Shown here: positions 13,786-27,472 of the stretch, one piece after another
How the letters are laid out: each line of letters opens with the position of its first letter
How positions within the stretch are numbered: position 1 is the stretch's first letter
Assembly: GCF_036321535.1 (NCBI RefSeq)
Contig: NC_087436.1
Coordinates: forward strand, 33,296,001-33,360,000
Length of the DNA stretch: 64,000 nucleotides
Source: Camelus dromedarius
Taxonomy: Eukaryota
Direction of reading: 5' to 3'
The notes under the pieces: generated by a model
The model's input: the letters and a program-made list of their open reading frames with translations, nothing else
Databases searched by the model: none
What the model was told of the DNA's origin: nothing
Program-made: the position numbers and the translations under genes

Positions 13786-14317
13786 TTTGAACAACATCAT
13801 CAAATCAGATTTTATAACCAACAAGAGAACTCAAAGAAAAATGCCTGGAAACCACAGAACATTTTGTGTGTATGTGTGAAGAGGATTCTAACATAGAATG
13901 AGAGCATGACTTTGGTTCTGTTTTTGGTGTAATTTTGTTCTTCTTTACCTGTCAAACAGTCCCAGTGACTCATTGTCACACACCTTAGGAAGAAATATAA
14001 AAGACAACTTTTAATCTATAGCTTCTAGGTGGGGAAAAATGCCTCAGTGGAATTTTAGTAATTTATTTCTGGCCAGCAAAAAGGAGCAAAAACTAACATC
14101 TTTAAGCTTCTCCTGTTTTTTTTTTTTTCTCCTCAAAAACTATTTCCCCCAAACTAATTATGATAGAACCATGAATTACAAAGCCCATGCTTTAGATAAT
14201 TGGTTATTTGGTGAAGATCTATCGACATAATAGCTTTTCCATAGAAGATTAATTAGTACAGATAAAATCAGAAACTAGTGAAGACATTCCTCTATTATCC
14301 CTTCTTTCAGAAGAAGT

Positions 14318-14545
14318 ATGGGCAAGGTATAGCCCTAAGGCCAAATCTGGTCTGCTGCCTGTTTTTGTAAATAAAGTTTTGTTGGAACATAGCCACCCCT
14401 GTTCATTTATGTATTTACTAAGGCTGCTTTCATGCTTCAACTGTAGAAAAGTTAAGGAGTTAAGATAAAGACCATATGGCCTACAAAGGCTAAAATATTT
14501 ACTATACTATCTGGCCCTTTGGAGGAAAAGTTTCCAAACCCCTGT
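14318..14545 (+). mobile_element. MER58A-like hAT-Charlie DNA transposon
   Basis: ggccaaatctggtctgctgcctgtttttgtaaataaagttttgttggaacatagccac...ctggccctttggaggaaaagtttccaaacccctg. Confidence 0.85.
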
Positions 14546-14659
14546 TTTAGAAAATAAATCTCACACCACATCATTGATTACATGAATCACACTTAAGCAC
14601 TGTGACTGCTTAATTCTATGTTTACTTCTTTTTCAGTCCCTAAATCCAAATAAACCTTC

Positions 14660-14900
14660 AATAATAATAGAAATAATAACGATCTCTATTTACCATGTAA
14701 TAGGTGCCAGGTAATGTACTAAAATGGGTATTGTCTTAAGCCTGTAAGTCTGTGGCAGTTTTTTATGCAATATAAAACTAATAGAGCGGGTACTCCTACT
14801 TTGTTGCTAAAGAACCTGAAGCACCGAGAGAGTGAGTAATTTCCCCCATGTGTGACACGGGTGGGGATGCTATCAATACCGCCTACCAGATCTGCCTTAC
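14660..14900 (-). mobile_element. MIR SINE remnant
   Basis: taggtgccaggtaatgtactaaaatg...aacctgaagcaccgagagagtgagtaatttccccc pattern. Confidence 0.5.
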
Positions 14901-15432
14901 TCTCAATGTTTGGGAGTGTTCTGACGTTTGCTGGGGAAATCTCTTCCAGAATGACTTCCTGTCCCATGACGTGGATCTGTATTTCTAAGAGGCTGTTCTT
15001 ATTTTCACCCAATTAGACAGGATTACTGAAACAAGTTAAAATGTAAAATGTAAAGTATTTTATATTTAACATGGAGAAGGAAATGTTGGACTATATTTCA
15101 GCTTTTTTTCATCTGGAAGATTGATCAAAAAATCATATTAATTGTTAGAAGAAAGAAACATCATTTTTAAAAATGTTGCATGCAGTCTGCCTTATTATAA
15201 GGTCATTTCCTTGGAACAGATGGTTCGCCACATCATCTGTTTAAAGTGAGACATGCTATGTACAAGCAAGCTGATCTGTTTATCATTTAAGACATCAGAA
15301 AGCAGAGAAGTGTAGACCTGTGTTGCTGTGTATTTTCAAATATAGGAGCAAAATAGATGAACCAGAAATCCAGAATATGACTATATAACAATCAGTGACA
15401 GTTTACAATGTTGACACTTTGTTTCTTTATAG

Positions 15433-15461
15433 AATTCATTAAAATTAACAATAAAGTCAAG
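15433..15461 (+). other. Candidate 29-nt exon of an unidentified gene
   Basis: Acceptor ctttgtttctttatag| and donor AAG|gtaagg; two open frames ((E)FIKINNKVK or NSLKLTIKS); lies in non-repetitive sequence. Protein not recognised. Confidence 0.3.
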
Positions 15462-16914
15462 GTAAGGTACATTATAAAGTTGGAATTGATTTGGGGGGTT
15501 GGGATATATTTACTGCATTAAGAACGATGTAATGTTTATATTTATTCTAGCGTTAATGAAGCTACTGAAGAGCTGATAGGACTAGCAAAAATTATGTATT
15601 TAGGATGTGACATCACATGGCTTTCTAGTTCGGAACTGCTTTGTTACTAACCAGAGGAGTGTGCAAAGGAAGTTGGAGATTCTATCCTGGCAACATCTGG
15701 TTAGTTGCAGGCTAATCAAAAGTTGGATAGAATTTTCTGGAAGGTCTTCTTCCTCAGTGTACTACACCTGTGTTTACAGAGAACTTCAAGACAACTTCTC
15801 TTTCCATGGTGTATCAGAAGCATCTCTTGGATGGTGTTCATCTAGTTTGTAAAGGGAGTTTTATTTAAATTTTCCTAAGCCTGGGAAGTTGTAAACCAAC
15901 TAATCATAGCGTGAGTTCAATATTTAATGTTAATTCAAAATCTAAAGCACATTAAAAGAGTTTGTAATTAAAGCCAAATGTTGACAACACATCAGAAACT
16001 TAAAACAAAGCTTTCTACCAATAGCTAGTTCTTTAAAGAATGATTATGCTCCCTCTCTTTATATTTTTTGGAAGAAATGACAGTGTGACTGACTTTAGAG
16101 TTTTTATTCAGCAGCCTTTTATTGAAATGGACATAAGAGTGCAAATTAAAAAGGGAAACTCACACCAGATGACTTGGTTTGTTTTTCTATTCTAATTAAT
16201 AATAAATTCTAATTTTATTATAATAAATGTAGGCCCAGATTATGGGAAAGTAGTAAGATAATAGAGCCTAAAAACTTTTGAAAGAACAATATTATTATGA
16301 AATACTTACTAAGTTTTAATTTTTTTCACGATATCACTAATATCTATATTTTGACAGCTTTTCAAAAAATAATTTTCAAAATTTAGAAAAACTAACCCAT
16401 GAATGAATGACATGAAATAATATTTTTCTTTGCTATGAAAGTATATAAAATAATTGGTAAAGAGATGTTTTAAAGATAATTTTACTTCCTATTAATTGTA
16501 ATTATTAATCAGTAGCTGTGTAAATTATTATGGAATCAAGATTAAAGACTGTAAGGCTATAAGGATAAACTTTAAGAGTTAGTTAAACAAAGACTTTTTA
16601 AAGGAATTTTCATTTAATTACTGAGAGTAAATAAAGATTATGTGAATGAGCTAAGAAGGATTAATCATTGTTTCTGAAATCAGGATGCTCCTAAATCAAA
16701 ATATGTGAGATTTTACTACAAGAAACTGGATATCTAGTTTATCTTCCTAGAAAAATACAGAACACTATCCTAAACTGAATCAAAAGGAATGCATCAGAAC
16801 TTAAGATGAAATTGTAAGCTTCCCTTAATTTATTTTTTATCATTTCTTTTATTGTTGTAGATTTTGCAAAAACTTTTAAGTGCCTCTTCTGCTCCTCTAA
16901 CGTCCTTAATTCTG

Positions 16915-17135
16915 TTGGCAGGATAAAGAGTGAAAGGATATGGGCTTTGGGATTAAACATGTCCAAATTTAATTCATGTACCACTCCATATTTGAGTGAG
17001 TTACATAATCTTTACTTGGGTTACTGGGCTTCAAAATGGGATTAATTGTACCCAGTCCTCATGTTGGGTGGATTAGGGATGTTACTAGGATTTAGCCCTG
17101 TCCCCAGAACCTGGGAGTGTTTCCATATATGGATG
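16915..17135 (+). mobile_element. MIR SINE remnant
   Basis: gggctttgggattaaacatgtccaaattt...aaaatgggattaattgtacc. Confidence 0.5.
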
Positions 17136-18939
17136 CTGTGACTTACGTTCTTGTTGGCATCATCACTCTTGATGATGAAGACTGTAATTTTCCACAGACC
17201 AAGAGGTGTCAGTTTTCTATGTGTAACCTTTTTGTTTCTCTGAGATAATGTAACAGTCTACCCTAGCTTTAATTTTTTTAAGAAAATATCACCAGTTGGA
17301 TATAGTTTGGAACATCATCAGTAGTCACATATTACACTTGCCTAAAATGCCGCTACTCATTGTTTTAGTCATTCAGGTACTTTGAACTGTGTAGGCATTA
17401 TTAAAATTATTAAATCCTCCATTAAAATATTAGGTGCCTTGTAACTATAAAGAAGTTTAGGAGTATTTCAAGACTAAAGGGTATTAAAACATTAAAATAT
17501 AAATTTCTTCTTTTATATTTGATTGTTTTGCTTTACAACAAAGACTGTAAAGAGATGTTAAGCACGAGATACGAACAGAGAGTAACACAATAATCTAGCA
17601 GAAAAGTAATGTTATTAAATAATGTATAAAACAGAATATCAAATTCTACTAGGTATATAGCAGCAAGCAAAAGCCCAAAATTCTGTCCTCATGGAGGCAA
17701 TATTCTGGTAAATAGAGTAAATCCTGCTTAGAATTCCTAATTTTTTTTTTCTAGTGGAGGAATCATATTAGGAACTTAGAATTAATGACCATGAACTTTG
17801 GCATTTTCTCAGTGGAACAATCTCATTACCCAAGACATGTTATATGATGCCTTGTAAAAATATGAGAAAAATTTCTCAAATCAAATAGTCACCTCTTCAA
17901 GTAGCAAAGAAAAGCTTAATACAAGGTATTGATAAACAAAGAACAAATTGTAATAAGATATTGTATATTAGGATGGTTAAGTTTTCAAGCTTCCACAGCT
18001 GCTAAGTGGCATTTTCATCTAGGATTTAGTCTTCTTTAAAACTTTGTTTCCTTTAAACTTGTGTCTCCCTTATATCTCAGCATACCTCCTTGGACATACA
18101 TGTGTATGAACAGATGTAAATATATATTTATATGTTATAAATACATTTATAAATACTTGTATATTCTATATATTCTCAGAGACTTTCAGTTACACCATAT
18201 TTTTATTGGTTTCATATAATTACTGAAGATGCTAAATATAACCAGATCCACTCTTAATCCTTTTGGCTCTGTCTACTGTCTCCTTCACCCCAGCTTGTTA
18301 CGCTGCTATTTATCATACCTTTTGTTTATATTTATTTTTCCAGTTCCCCAGTCCTTTTGACAACTTCTATAAATAGGCGATGCAAATTCATTTCGCTAAA
18401 AAAAACCAAACAAATCCTTATTCTGGGTTTTATACTTACATTATACTGAGCTAAGTTTATCCAATCACTGGAATAGTTTTTCAGAAAAGTAGTAATGTGA
18501 TCTGACTTTCTATGCTCATTTGTCTCATTTTAAGACTCAGTATTGGCTTATTCTTAAAGTTTTCTTGTTAGATAAAGGCAATTTCTAGTAATTCAAGCTT
18601 AGTGACTTGTTACGATTGTACGATTTAGAAAATAGCAACTCCAAAACTGGTTCTGTAATCTTTAGGAATAGTTTTATTAGGCTCAAAACACTGAAATAGA
18701 CTGAGTTCTCCTTAGAATACCTGAAAATTGGTTTCAAGCTACTCAGTTCCTTTTCCTCAATTAAGGTAGCTCTCTAAAAAGATGCTCTATACCAATTTAA
18801 AGTTGATGGAGCAAGTTAATTGTATTATGATTAACAAGAGGAGATGTTAGAATCATGAGTTTGTTTTTCCGAAGACTCTTACTTTTAGTCTAGTATTCAT
18901 AATTTAAACCTCTTTTTGTATCTTCTTTTCTTATTTCTG

Positions 18940-19760
18940 TCAAAAGTTAGACATCTGTTACAATAGAAAAGGAATACTATAAGCATTTTTAAAATGCACA
19001 TACCCAAAAGGGAAAGTCATTCTAAAACTATGATCTAGAGATAAATACTTTTGACTTTGTGATGTATAGATTTCTAGTATTTTTTAAAATTATAGAACAC
19101 ACATTTAAAACTGGGATTGTATTTTTAAAATTTAATCTAATAATTTAAAATGTTAAAATGTACAAAGAATGTAATTCCTTTAACATAATCAGTAATGGTT
19201 GCATGATGTTTCATTATATAGATGTTTAATCATTAATTTCCCTTCATTGTGGAACATTTGGGTTGTTTACAATTTTTTTGATAATATAAACGATGCTGGG
19301 GAAAACATCATTACAACTATGTCTTTGTACAAACCATGATTATTTAGTTAGGATAAATTCTAAGAAATAGAATTACTTAGGCAAAATTATATACACATTT
19401 TTGAGGTCCCCACATGAACTGCCTGGAAATTTGTACCAATTTAAAGTCCTGCCTAATACTTAACATACTGTTAACAAGAACCGTCATTAACAGTGACTAG
19501 CTTTTAATCTTTATTATTTTGTTTTAATATTTGTTAAGTTGAAAATGACACATTAGAACTCATTTTAATTGTATTCCTTTGATTTTAGTCAGTTTAAGCT
19601 TTCCCCCTACTTATTTTAGTCATTTTTATTTATTATATGTAAAGTTTTTTTTTATCTCCTTTGCTATTTTCCTCTGTGGCATTAATAGAATTTTCTTGAC
19701 TTGCAAAATTTTTCTGAAGTATAAGAAAATAAATATATTATGTCATGATTTTTATATATT
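18940..19760 (-). mobile_element. Ancient L1 (L1ME-like) remnant
   Basis: ggaacatttgggttgtttacaatttttt...aggataaattctaagaaatagaattac...ttgtaccaattta, characteristic of the reverse-complement L1 3' region. Confidence 0.6.
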
Positions 19761-20219
19761 TTTGTAAATTATATTTGTAATACATTTATATATAAACACA
19801 ATATATCATTTAATGTATAATTTATGCATTTCATGTTACCAACTTTCTCACAAGAAGCTAATAAGACAGAAATGATCTTACAACAGTGCATGGCAAATAG
19901 TAAAAGGTTATTTAAGTGTTAACTGTTACAATGATTTTCATTTTTATAACTGAGGAAATTGTGGCAGATATATATTATATAACCTGCTCAAGGTCACACA
20001 GCTTAAAATGTGTACCTAAGGTACAAACTCCAGCTGGTAAATTCTACTTAATTACTAGGTTGAAACTGGCCATTTCTTCAAGGAGTCTTAGTTCCTTTAA
20101 GTGGAAAATAATACTTTAAAAAATCAACATCTGAGCTCAAGATGTCCGTATTGCTAATGGTGTATCGTTGCTTCTAGGCTCTTCCGGGCTATTCTGCTTC
20201 TTTCAAAGGAGCTGGGAAA

Positions 20220-20231
20220 CACACACATGCC

Positions 20232-20262
<31 letters not shown>

Positions 20263-20263
20263 A
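20220..20263. repeat. (CA)n microsatellite, interrupted
   Basis: Directly visible. Confidence 0.95.
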
Positions 20264-20569
20264 TCCTCTTCCACAGAGTTTTTCCTCACCTTTCACATTA
20301 GATATTTGTATATTCTTTTTTCCACACTGAGTCCCCTGGTTTCTGAGAATATCAGTATATTTACTTGTGTGCTCTATACTGCGTCACACACAGAGGAGTT
20401 TTAGATTTAACTACATTTATTCCACAACAATAAACAAATCAACTAAGCAACTCCTTTGTGGTTATTTTCGTCCTTAGAATATCTACTACTAAGTATGCTT
20501 TGTCAGAGAACTGTGTCCAAAAGTTACTTGAATTCATTCTATTTCTTGTGTATATTATTAATTTGAAGT

Positions 20570-21640
20570 AAAATTTGGTTTATTGTTTTGTTAAATGCAA
20601 TTTGGAATTGACCTACTTGGTTATTTGTGATTCATTTTTGAATATGCGAAGTATTAATGGTCGAAAAATCAAACCGTATAAAAAGTTGAACTCAGCCAAT
20701 TCTCATTCCGAGCTATCACATTAATACCATTACCTCTTACTCTCTCTGGGTAATAATGATTTTTATTATCCTGATTTACTCTTCCTGGGTCTCTTTCCAC
20801 AAAAATAGGAAGTGCATACATTGCCTTCTGATTTCTTTTTCTTTCTTACAAAATAGGGGAGAATGAAACATTATTTGCACCTTATATTTTAACTTAATAA
20901 ATCATAGAAACCATTCCATAGTGATTTAGAGATTCCGCACCCTTGTTTGTTTATTCTTCTGTAGGAATCCGATGTGTTAGGTTGTTTCCAGCACTTTTTA
21001 AACTACAGGTAATGCCTCAGTGAATAAGTTTGCTCATATAAAATTTTATATTTGTGGAATCGTATCTTCAGTTAAACCTTAGAAGTAGGATCGTGCCTTT
21101 TGGCCCTTAACAGTGTGTGAAAGGTTCTGTTTCCCCACATATTTGAACTTTTACACATTTCATAGGTGAAGAGTGGTGTCTTGTGGTAGTTTTAATTTGC
21201 ATTTCTCTTAGTAAGAGTGAAAATGAGCATATTTTAACATAATTAAGGATGTTTTATGTATCTTCTTTTTCCATAAACTGTTCATTACTTTGCTTTTTTA
21301 ACTAATTGAGGATTTGGTCTTTTTCTTCAGTTTTTAAGAGCCTTTTATATATTATATATAGTATATATAATATTTTTTAATATTATATATATTTTAAGAG
21401 CTTTTATATATTGTAAATTTATATTTATGTAATATTATATATATATTTATGTAATATTATATATATATATTATATTGTATATATTAGTCCTTTATCTGTG
21501 ACATATGTTGCAAATATTTTTTTTTTCAGTTCATCATTTTTCTTTTGAGTTTTCTCATGGTATTTTTACCACATGATAGTTTTTTTAAAATGTATTTGAA
21601 TTTAATAATATTTCGTTTTACTGCATCTGAATTTTGAGTC
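20570..21640 (-). mobile_element. Ancient L1 (L1MC/MD-like) remnant with internal TA-rich tandem expansion (~21345-21485)
   Basis: ttaggttgtttccag...gtagttttaatttgcatttctctta...gttgcaaatatttttt L1 motifs; atatttatgtaatattatatatat repeated. Confidence 0.7.
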
Positions 21641-24039
21641 ATAGTTGGACAAATTTTCCCAAAACCAGCTCATAAAACAAAAAGAATATTTCTTCTAATA
21701 ATTGCGTTAATAATTTTATTTTAAAAGTGAAACAGACCCTATTAATAACAACATTGGTATTTTGAATGTAATCCAGGACTGTCCCAGGAAAACAGGGGCA
21801 TATAGTTATTTGTTCATAAATATTATCTCGTTTAAACTGTATAGCTAATATCTGCATCATTTATTTTCTTATATAATTTTAGATTAAAGCTATAGCTGTT
21901 CTATTTGCTCAATCTAAATATTTTATCATTCTATTATCAAATGGCAGTGCTATGCTAGTAATCAAGGAATGCTGTATTTTTGGGTATTGTCATATTGTAG
22001 GACAAATGTATTTTAAGTATATTTGCCCCTTAAAGCTTCACTGATTAAAGAAAGGATCAAGTTTATTTATATTGCCTAAGAATTGAGCTCTAGATCTTTA
22101 TTTTTACTTAATCGTTAATAATTAGTGCTCTTTAAAAAGAAGTGATTAATCATCTTTAATTATTCTAAATGGCAGAAATTGCATATACTTCTTGAAACTC
22201 ATATAATTATTGTCATCAGCTTAAAAAATATAAATACAACCTCCACATGAGAGCCAAATTAATTTCAATGGGGGGAAGGAAATTAATCCCTACTGTGAGT
22301 TTAATTTGTACTGATGTTTTACCTACATTAGTTCAATTAATCCTCCAGGGAGTTCAATATATTCCATGTTACTATCCTCATTTATTAAAGGCAAACGCTG
22401 AGACCCAAAGCTAACTAATCTGCTGAAGGTAGCAAGTTAGAGATGAAACGAATGAGGATATAAACTTGAGACTGCGTCACTCCAAAGACCTTGCTTTTTC
22501 CACAATACTTTGTGGCCTCAAATGGGAAACAAATTGCTAAGTTTTCTGGGAACTTCCCGGAGTGTGGTATTTTTACTTGTTTGACTGTCATATGTTAGTA
22601 ATGTTGCTAGCTGTAAGCTCCCGTGACACCCAGATTATCACTCAACTTCATACACAATTTAAAGATGAACCCCATTTCCAGTGAAACGAAGCACAACAAA
22701 TCACAGAAAATAAGTTCCAGTGCAGTCGTGATGATAATCTTCCCAGATCAGCCCTCAAGTAGGCGTTGGATACCCCGTGTACAGGGATATATGCCTCCTT
22801 AATTTAGATTCCCCCTCCCCCATCTTGCTGTCATCCTTACAAGGGATATGTGTTCTTAGAACATGGAGCTTTTTTAAAGGCTTCTTTCAGTGGGCCATTG
22901 AGGGATGGACTCGCTTCTTCTTAGGGTCTGAGAAATTAAAGGACGTGCATAGTCCAGGGCTCTCATTTTGAAAGCACTATCCATTCCTTATAAAATGACA
23001 AAAGAAGCAGCAAAGCCAACCTTTTATTTTCCCACCTTAGACTTCGATCTGTTTAGTGATGCCATGACATTTCTATCAGGTTTTCTCCGTAAGGCCCTTT
23101 CAAAACACAAATAAAGGAATGAATACAGGAGCTGAGCTTTCTCCCATTCAACTTTCAGCTCTGTTAGCTTTCAATACCAGAAATGTATTTAAAACTGGAT
23201 AAGGTTTGTTAACTCTTATATACCACTGTCATTCATCCAGATAGAAAAGAATTAAACTATATATGTGATAAGATTTGCAATTCAAATCAAACTGTTTCAC
23301 TTTGAAAATATAGAGTGTTGTGAGTTGAGGAAGACAGACGGGGAAGGCCAGAATCAGGTTTCCCATTTACCTTTAGTAATAATATTGTGGTCGGTGTTTA
23401 TGAAACTTCAGCTACATACTTTTGTGTATTCTTTAGAGAGTATTATAAAGAAGGTGTCCTGATGAGGTTACGCTTTCTGTTTGATTCCAAGAAGCTTACT
23501 GTGCTATAACACATCAGCTTTTAGAAAATATAAGTATATTTTTGGACAAATTTAGATTTTTAAAAGCATGAAAGCCAAAGGAATAAAGCTGCTTCAAAAA
23601 GTTTTTAAATGTTTCCGTATTTGAAGTCACATTTTGTAGGTCTCATCCATACTTCACACAACTTGTGAGATTCCTGCAAAGAGGCAGACAAAGAGAACCG
23701 AAGGGGTGTAATTAGAATCTTTTAAAATGGAACACAAATCAAACAAACAAAGGACAAACTCTTTTCATAACGGTTAAGCTAAATTTCACTGCCTGTCACT
23801 CAGAATAGTATTATTTTAATAATTTCATAAGGAGCTTACTCTAATGACTTCAACTTACTTTAACTTGAAAAATAACAGTTTTTTGAATAACAGTGGTATC
23901 AAAGTGCATTGGGTTGATTGAACTTTAATTGATTTTAAATTTTTTCTAAAATGAACCAGCACAATAAATGTTTCCAAGTTCTATGCTTGAGTAGTGACTG
24001 TGTGGTATATTAAAGGTCTCTAGGGAAAAATGGAAGCAT

Positions 24040-24560
24040 GGGATACGAAATGAATTCAGCATGACTAGTGTTTAAAACGGTACTAGGCTAGCTTCAGTAG
24101 AGATTTATGGGATGAAGCATGCAAATAATAGAGAACAGCTTTAACACTGCTATGCGAAGTCTCCTGAATCTAAGAACTAGCCACCTGATCCACATGGCTG
24201 ATCTATATGCTGCCATGTTTATGCTGCATGGCCCTTCCCAGTCCAAGTTCAAGTGCCCACTTGACTCACATGAAGCCAGTCAGATTCTTTCTCCCATGAG
24301 TTTGGAGTTTTTATCTACAGCGATGTATAAGGGTATGATTTCTGGCTAAAGTAGAACTATGACCCATCTACCAAGAGAATGTACAGGACTTTCAACAGTT
24401 AAGATCTCTAAAAGGACTCTTATTCCTGCGCTTTCTGAAGCTTTGTAGATCAGCAACTCCTCGGAGTCTGTGAGGTTACCCAATATTCTTTTAATAATTT
24501 TTCTAATTATACTACCACATGTTAGTTTCTGTTACCCTCAACTGAAAGAACCTTAGCAGA
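24040..24560 (+). mobile_element. Old ERVL-class LTR remnant (LTR16/LTR33-like)
   Basis: 3' end cccaatattcttttaataattttt...gttagtttctgttaccctcaactgaaagaacctt resembles an ERVL LTR end. Confidence 0.45.
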
Positions 24561-25109
24561 AAGTCTCCCTGTGTAACGCTTCCCTAGTGGACCTCTTAAT
24601 TTTTAATATTAAAACATCATAAAACATACATACCTTTCAATACAATGTTTTGGGCAATGTTTAAATAGAAAAAATATATATTCACCCTCAAATGAGATAC
24701 GTATTTTTAACAAAATTATGTCTAAGAAAATTCTAGAGATACATTCTAAGTTCAGTTGATAGACCTGATACATCAGAATCATGTATAGACATTTTGAAAA
24801 GCATGTCTAATGTCAAAAATGGGAATGTGTATCTTTGATGGAGCTGATGCTGAAGGAGGTCATGGCTACACAAAGCCACCTTAGTTTGTTCTGGAAGAAA
24901 TGTTTAAGTATTTAACATTCTATTACAGTGCTAACTCATAGTGTTTTAGTCAGATTTTTGGAAACCAGTTGAGAGCTTTGGCTGATATTTGAATTACACA
25001 TTTTTACACTAAAAAATGGAAAATAGGGTGATGATGAGGGTGCCGTCCAGGGAAGGTGGGTGCAGTGGTGGGCTGGGTGCTGATCTGCTAAGATCAGAGT
25101 TGCAGGAGA

Positions 25110-25334
25110 ATGGACACTGAGGTACAGAGAGATGGGAGGATCTTGATTTAATTGATGATGCTTGGTGAGAAGACATGCTGCCTTATGACGATGTTGCAAT
25201 ACCACTGAAGGCGCTTTCTGACCCTGAACAGGACAATGGTGGCAGAAGAGAATCTGTCAAAGAACAAGAAAGGAAGTGGACCGATTAAGCCTTACAGTAC
25301 CTCTATGAGAACGTCTTCCCCGCTTGGAAACTGA
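25110..25334 (+). pseudogene. ANAPC13: Processed pseudogene of anaphase-promoting complex subunit 13
   Basis: Frame-corrected translation MDTEVQRDGRIL(D)LIDDAW*EDMLPYDDVAIPLKALSDPEQDNGGRRESVKEQERKWTD*ALQYLYENV...GN* aligns end to end with the 74-aa APC13 as I recall it. It is intronless, with a 1-nt deletion near 25145, stops at 25166-25168 and 25286-25288, and a 1-nt insertion near the end. Probable 5' UTR sequence extends back to ~25030. Confidence 0.95.
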
Positions 25335-27449
25335 CACATGGCTCCTTTTTCATGAACACAAATTTTTTTTTAAATACATAAATAGAAACTGTTTTCTTTC
25401 AGTCTCCTGATTCTAATCTTTTAGTGATAGACCAACAGCCAAAAATGTATTCCCATTTATTTTGTAGAATCAAAGTGCAATGTGAAAATACTTACCAGAA
25501 TGAGAAACTGATTGAGATTTCCCAGGAATGCAGAATATTTGGCTCTTCGAATCTAAAGTTCTTCATTTACTAGCTTGTGTTTGAAAGCATTTTCCTGAAC
25601 ATTTGCCTTTAATTTTGATTTTGCTTTACTATCAGAGTTAAATACTTCCCAACTACTGATATGTGTCCTGTGACACAGGTGACTGAAGATATGAAAGGGA
25701 AAGGTGAAGAAAGAGGAAGCTGGACAGAAGGAGAATTACTAACTTCTCATATACCTGCATACTGAGAAGCATTCTGAGCAGACGTGTATGAAGTCTGCAG
25801 ATATAACAAATACGTAGATAGCCTATTCACTGATTACTGGAATTCCTAAGATTCCCATGGTATTTCCAAACTTGAGACACATTTACAGATAAAAAGTTAT
25901 CCTACAGTGATTTCTGCTGTAAAGGACAGTTAGCTAGATGGACCACTGGTTTCATCCAGTAACAGGGTTTCTTGTTTTCTCAAAGCCCTTTCAGATGTAA
26001 GTGAAACACCATGGATTCAGTATTTATTTATACATTTCTATAAGAACTTATATTTTGGAAAGCACGTTCATGGACATTCATCTCTTGGAATTCATCTCTT
26101 GGAAGCTGTCTCTCTTGTTCTCTACCCAGATTGTAAACTCTGAGGAAGAGGCCCTGGCTTATACTTCTGTACCGTTCACTGAAGAATTGGAAACACTGAA
26201 AAACAACACCAACGGAATTAATGGAGAGGTCTCTCCTTGCATTTTTTGTTTGTTTGTTTCTTGTCAGAAATTGCTTAGTAAATTTGAATAGGAAATTCCC
26301 ATCCATAAATTTGCTGCAAATATTAGAAGTTTCAGTCTGAATAAGCTTACACTAATACATATTTGAAAGTGGTGTGCACCTCAAGAAGGGTAAAGAATAA
26401 TGCTACGAGGATTCTGAGGAATCAGAGGATATGATATCCAATATCATGTAGGAGATGGTTGTAAGCAAGTCAAAGAGGCAGAGATTTGAGACTAAGATTT
26501 TGGATATCTGCATAGAAATGATAGATAAACAAGACTGCCAAAAAAGAGATTTTAGTTAGAGAAAAGAAAATGTTGTTTGAGAAACATTTTGGATATGCTT
26601 AGTATTGAGATGGGAACAGGTCTTTGAAGTCATATGCTAATACATGTATGTGTGGTTTTCTTAGGAAATGATCAAGGCCTTTAATCAAATTCCCCACAAT
26701 TCTCAGCTGGAAAACCAAACAAACAAAAAACAAAAAACACAGTTCTATAGGAATGCATGGCTTAAACTACAATTTTTTTTCAAGAAACTATTATTTTTTC
26801 TTTAATTGAGCTTTCTTTAAGAAATAGCCAAAAGGAATTTTAAGGTTATATAAGAAAGGAATTTGTCAAATAAGTCTTCAGCGATGTTTGAGTATTTTAA
26901 TACAACTTGTATATTCCCTGGGCAACTTTCTTAAGGAATCACATCAGTGGAATGTTCACATAAGCAAAATGATTGTCCTCACTGAGTTAAAACATGAAAT
27001 CGACTCATTTTGAAAAACAGTAAAGATAAATAAATCTCTAAAGCACTTAATAAAAAGTGGTTTCTATACCAGGAAGACTAGACCATAATCTGAGTGAAGA
27101 ATTTTAGCACAGCTAAGGGAAGAATAGAACAAATAAAAAATTAAAAAGAGGTGGTTTGTTTAGGAATAGAACTTTAAAAAATGATTACAGTTTTAAATAT
27201 TGATATGCCTCATCCTTTCTTAACCCTGTCTGGGAAGAAGCTAGTCTGATTAAGTCCAAGAACCAACTCTGTTTGTCCTGATAGTCTCTGTCTCCAACAA
27301 AGAGACCTAGGCGTTAGATTGTTTTAACTTGATGGTGCTTAGCATTTTAAATCATGTACCAGTCTTCCCTAGTCACACTTCACAATCATCAAACAGCATT
27401 TTGATTTTGATTTAACTTTCTGTGAAATAGGCTATATATGTGTGTACAG

Positions 27450-27472
27450 ACACACACACACACACACACACA
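27450..27472. repeat. (CA)n microsatellite
   Basis: Directly visible. Confidence 0.95.

Noticed and set aside
23041..23088. Possible 48-nt plus-strand exon (DFDLFSDAMTFLSGFL)
   Set aside because: Good acceptor but weak donor context (TCC|gtaagg) and no recognisable protein; compatible with chance.
25028..25083. C-box (GTGATGA) and D-box (CTGA) pair suggesting a C/D snoRNA
   Set aside because: Short, no convincing terminal stem, and better explained as the ANAPC13 retrocopy 5' UTR.
26001..26306. Overlapping 96-aa and 92-aa ORFs with an acceptor-like site
   Set aside because: Core resembles an L2 3' end (ccagattgtaaactctgaggaagagg) preceded by a 14-bp tandem duplication; no good donor.
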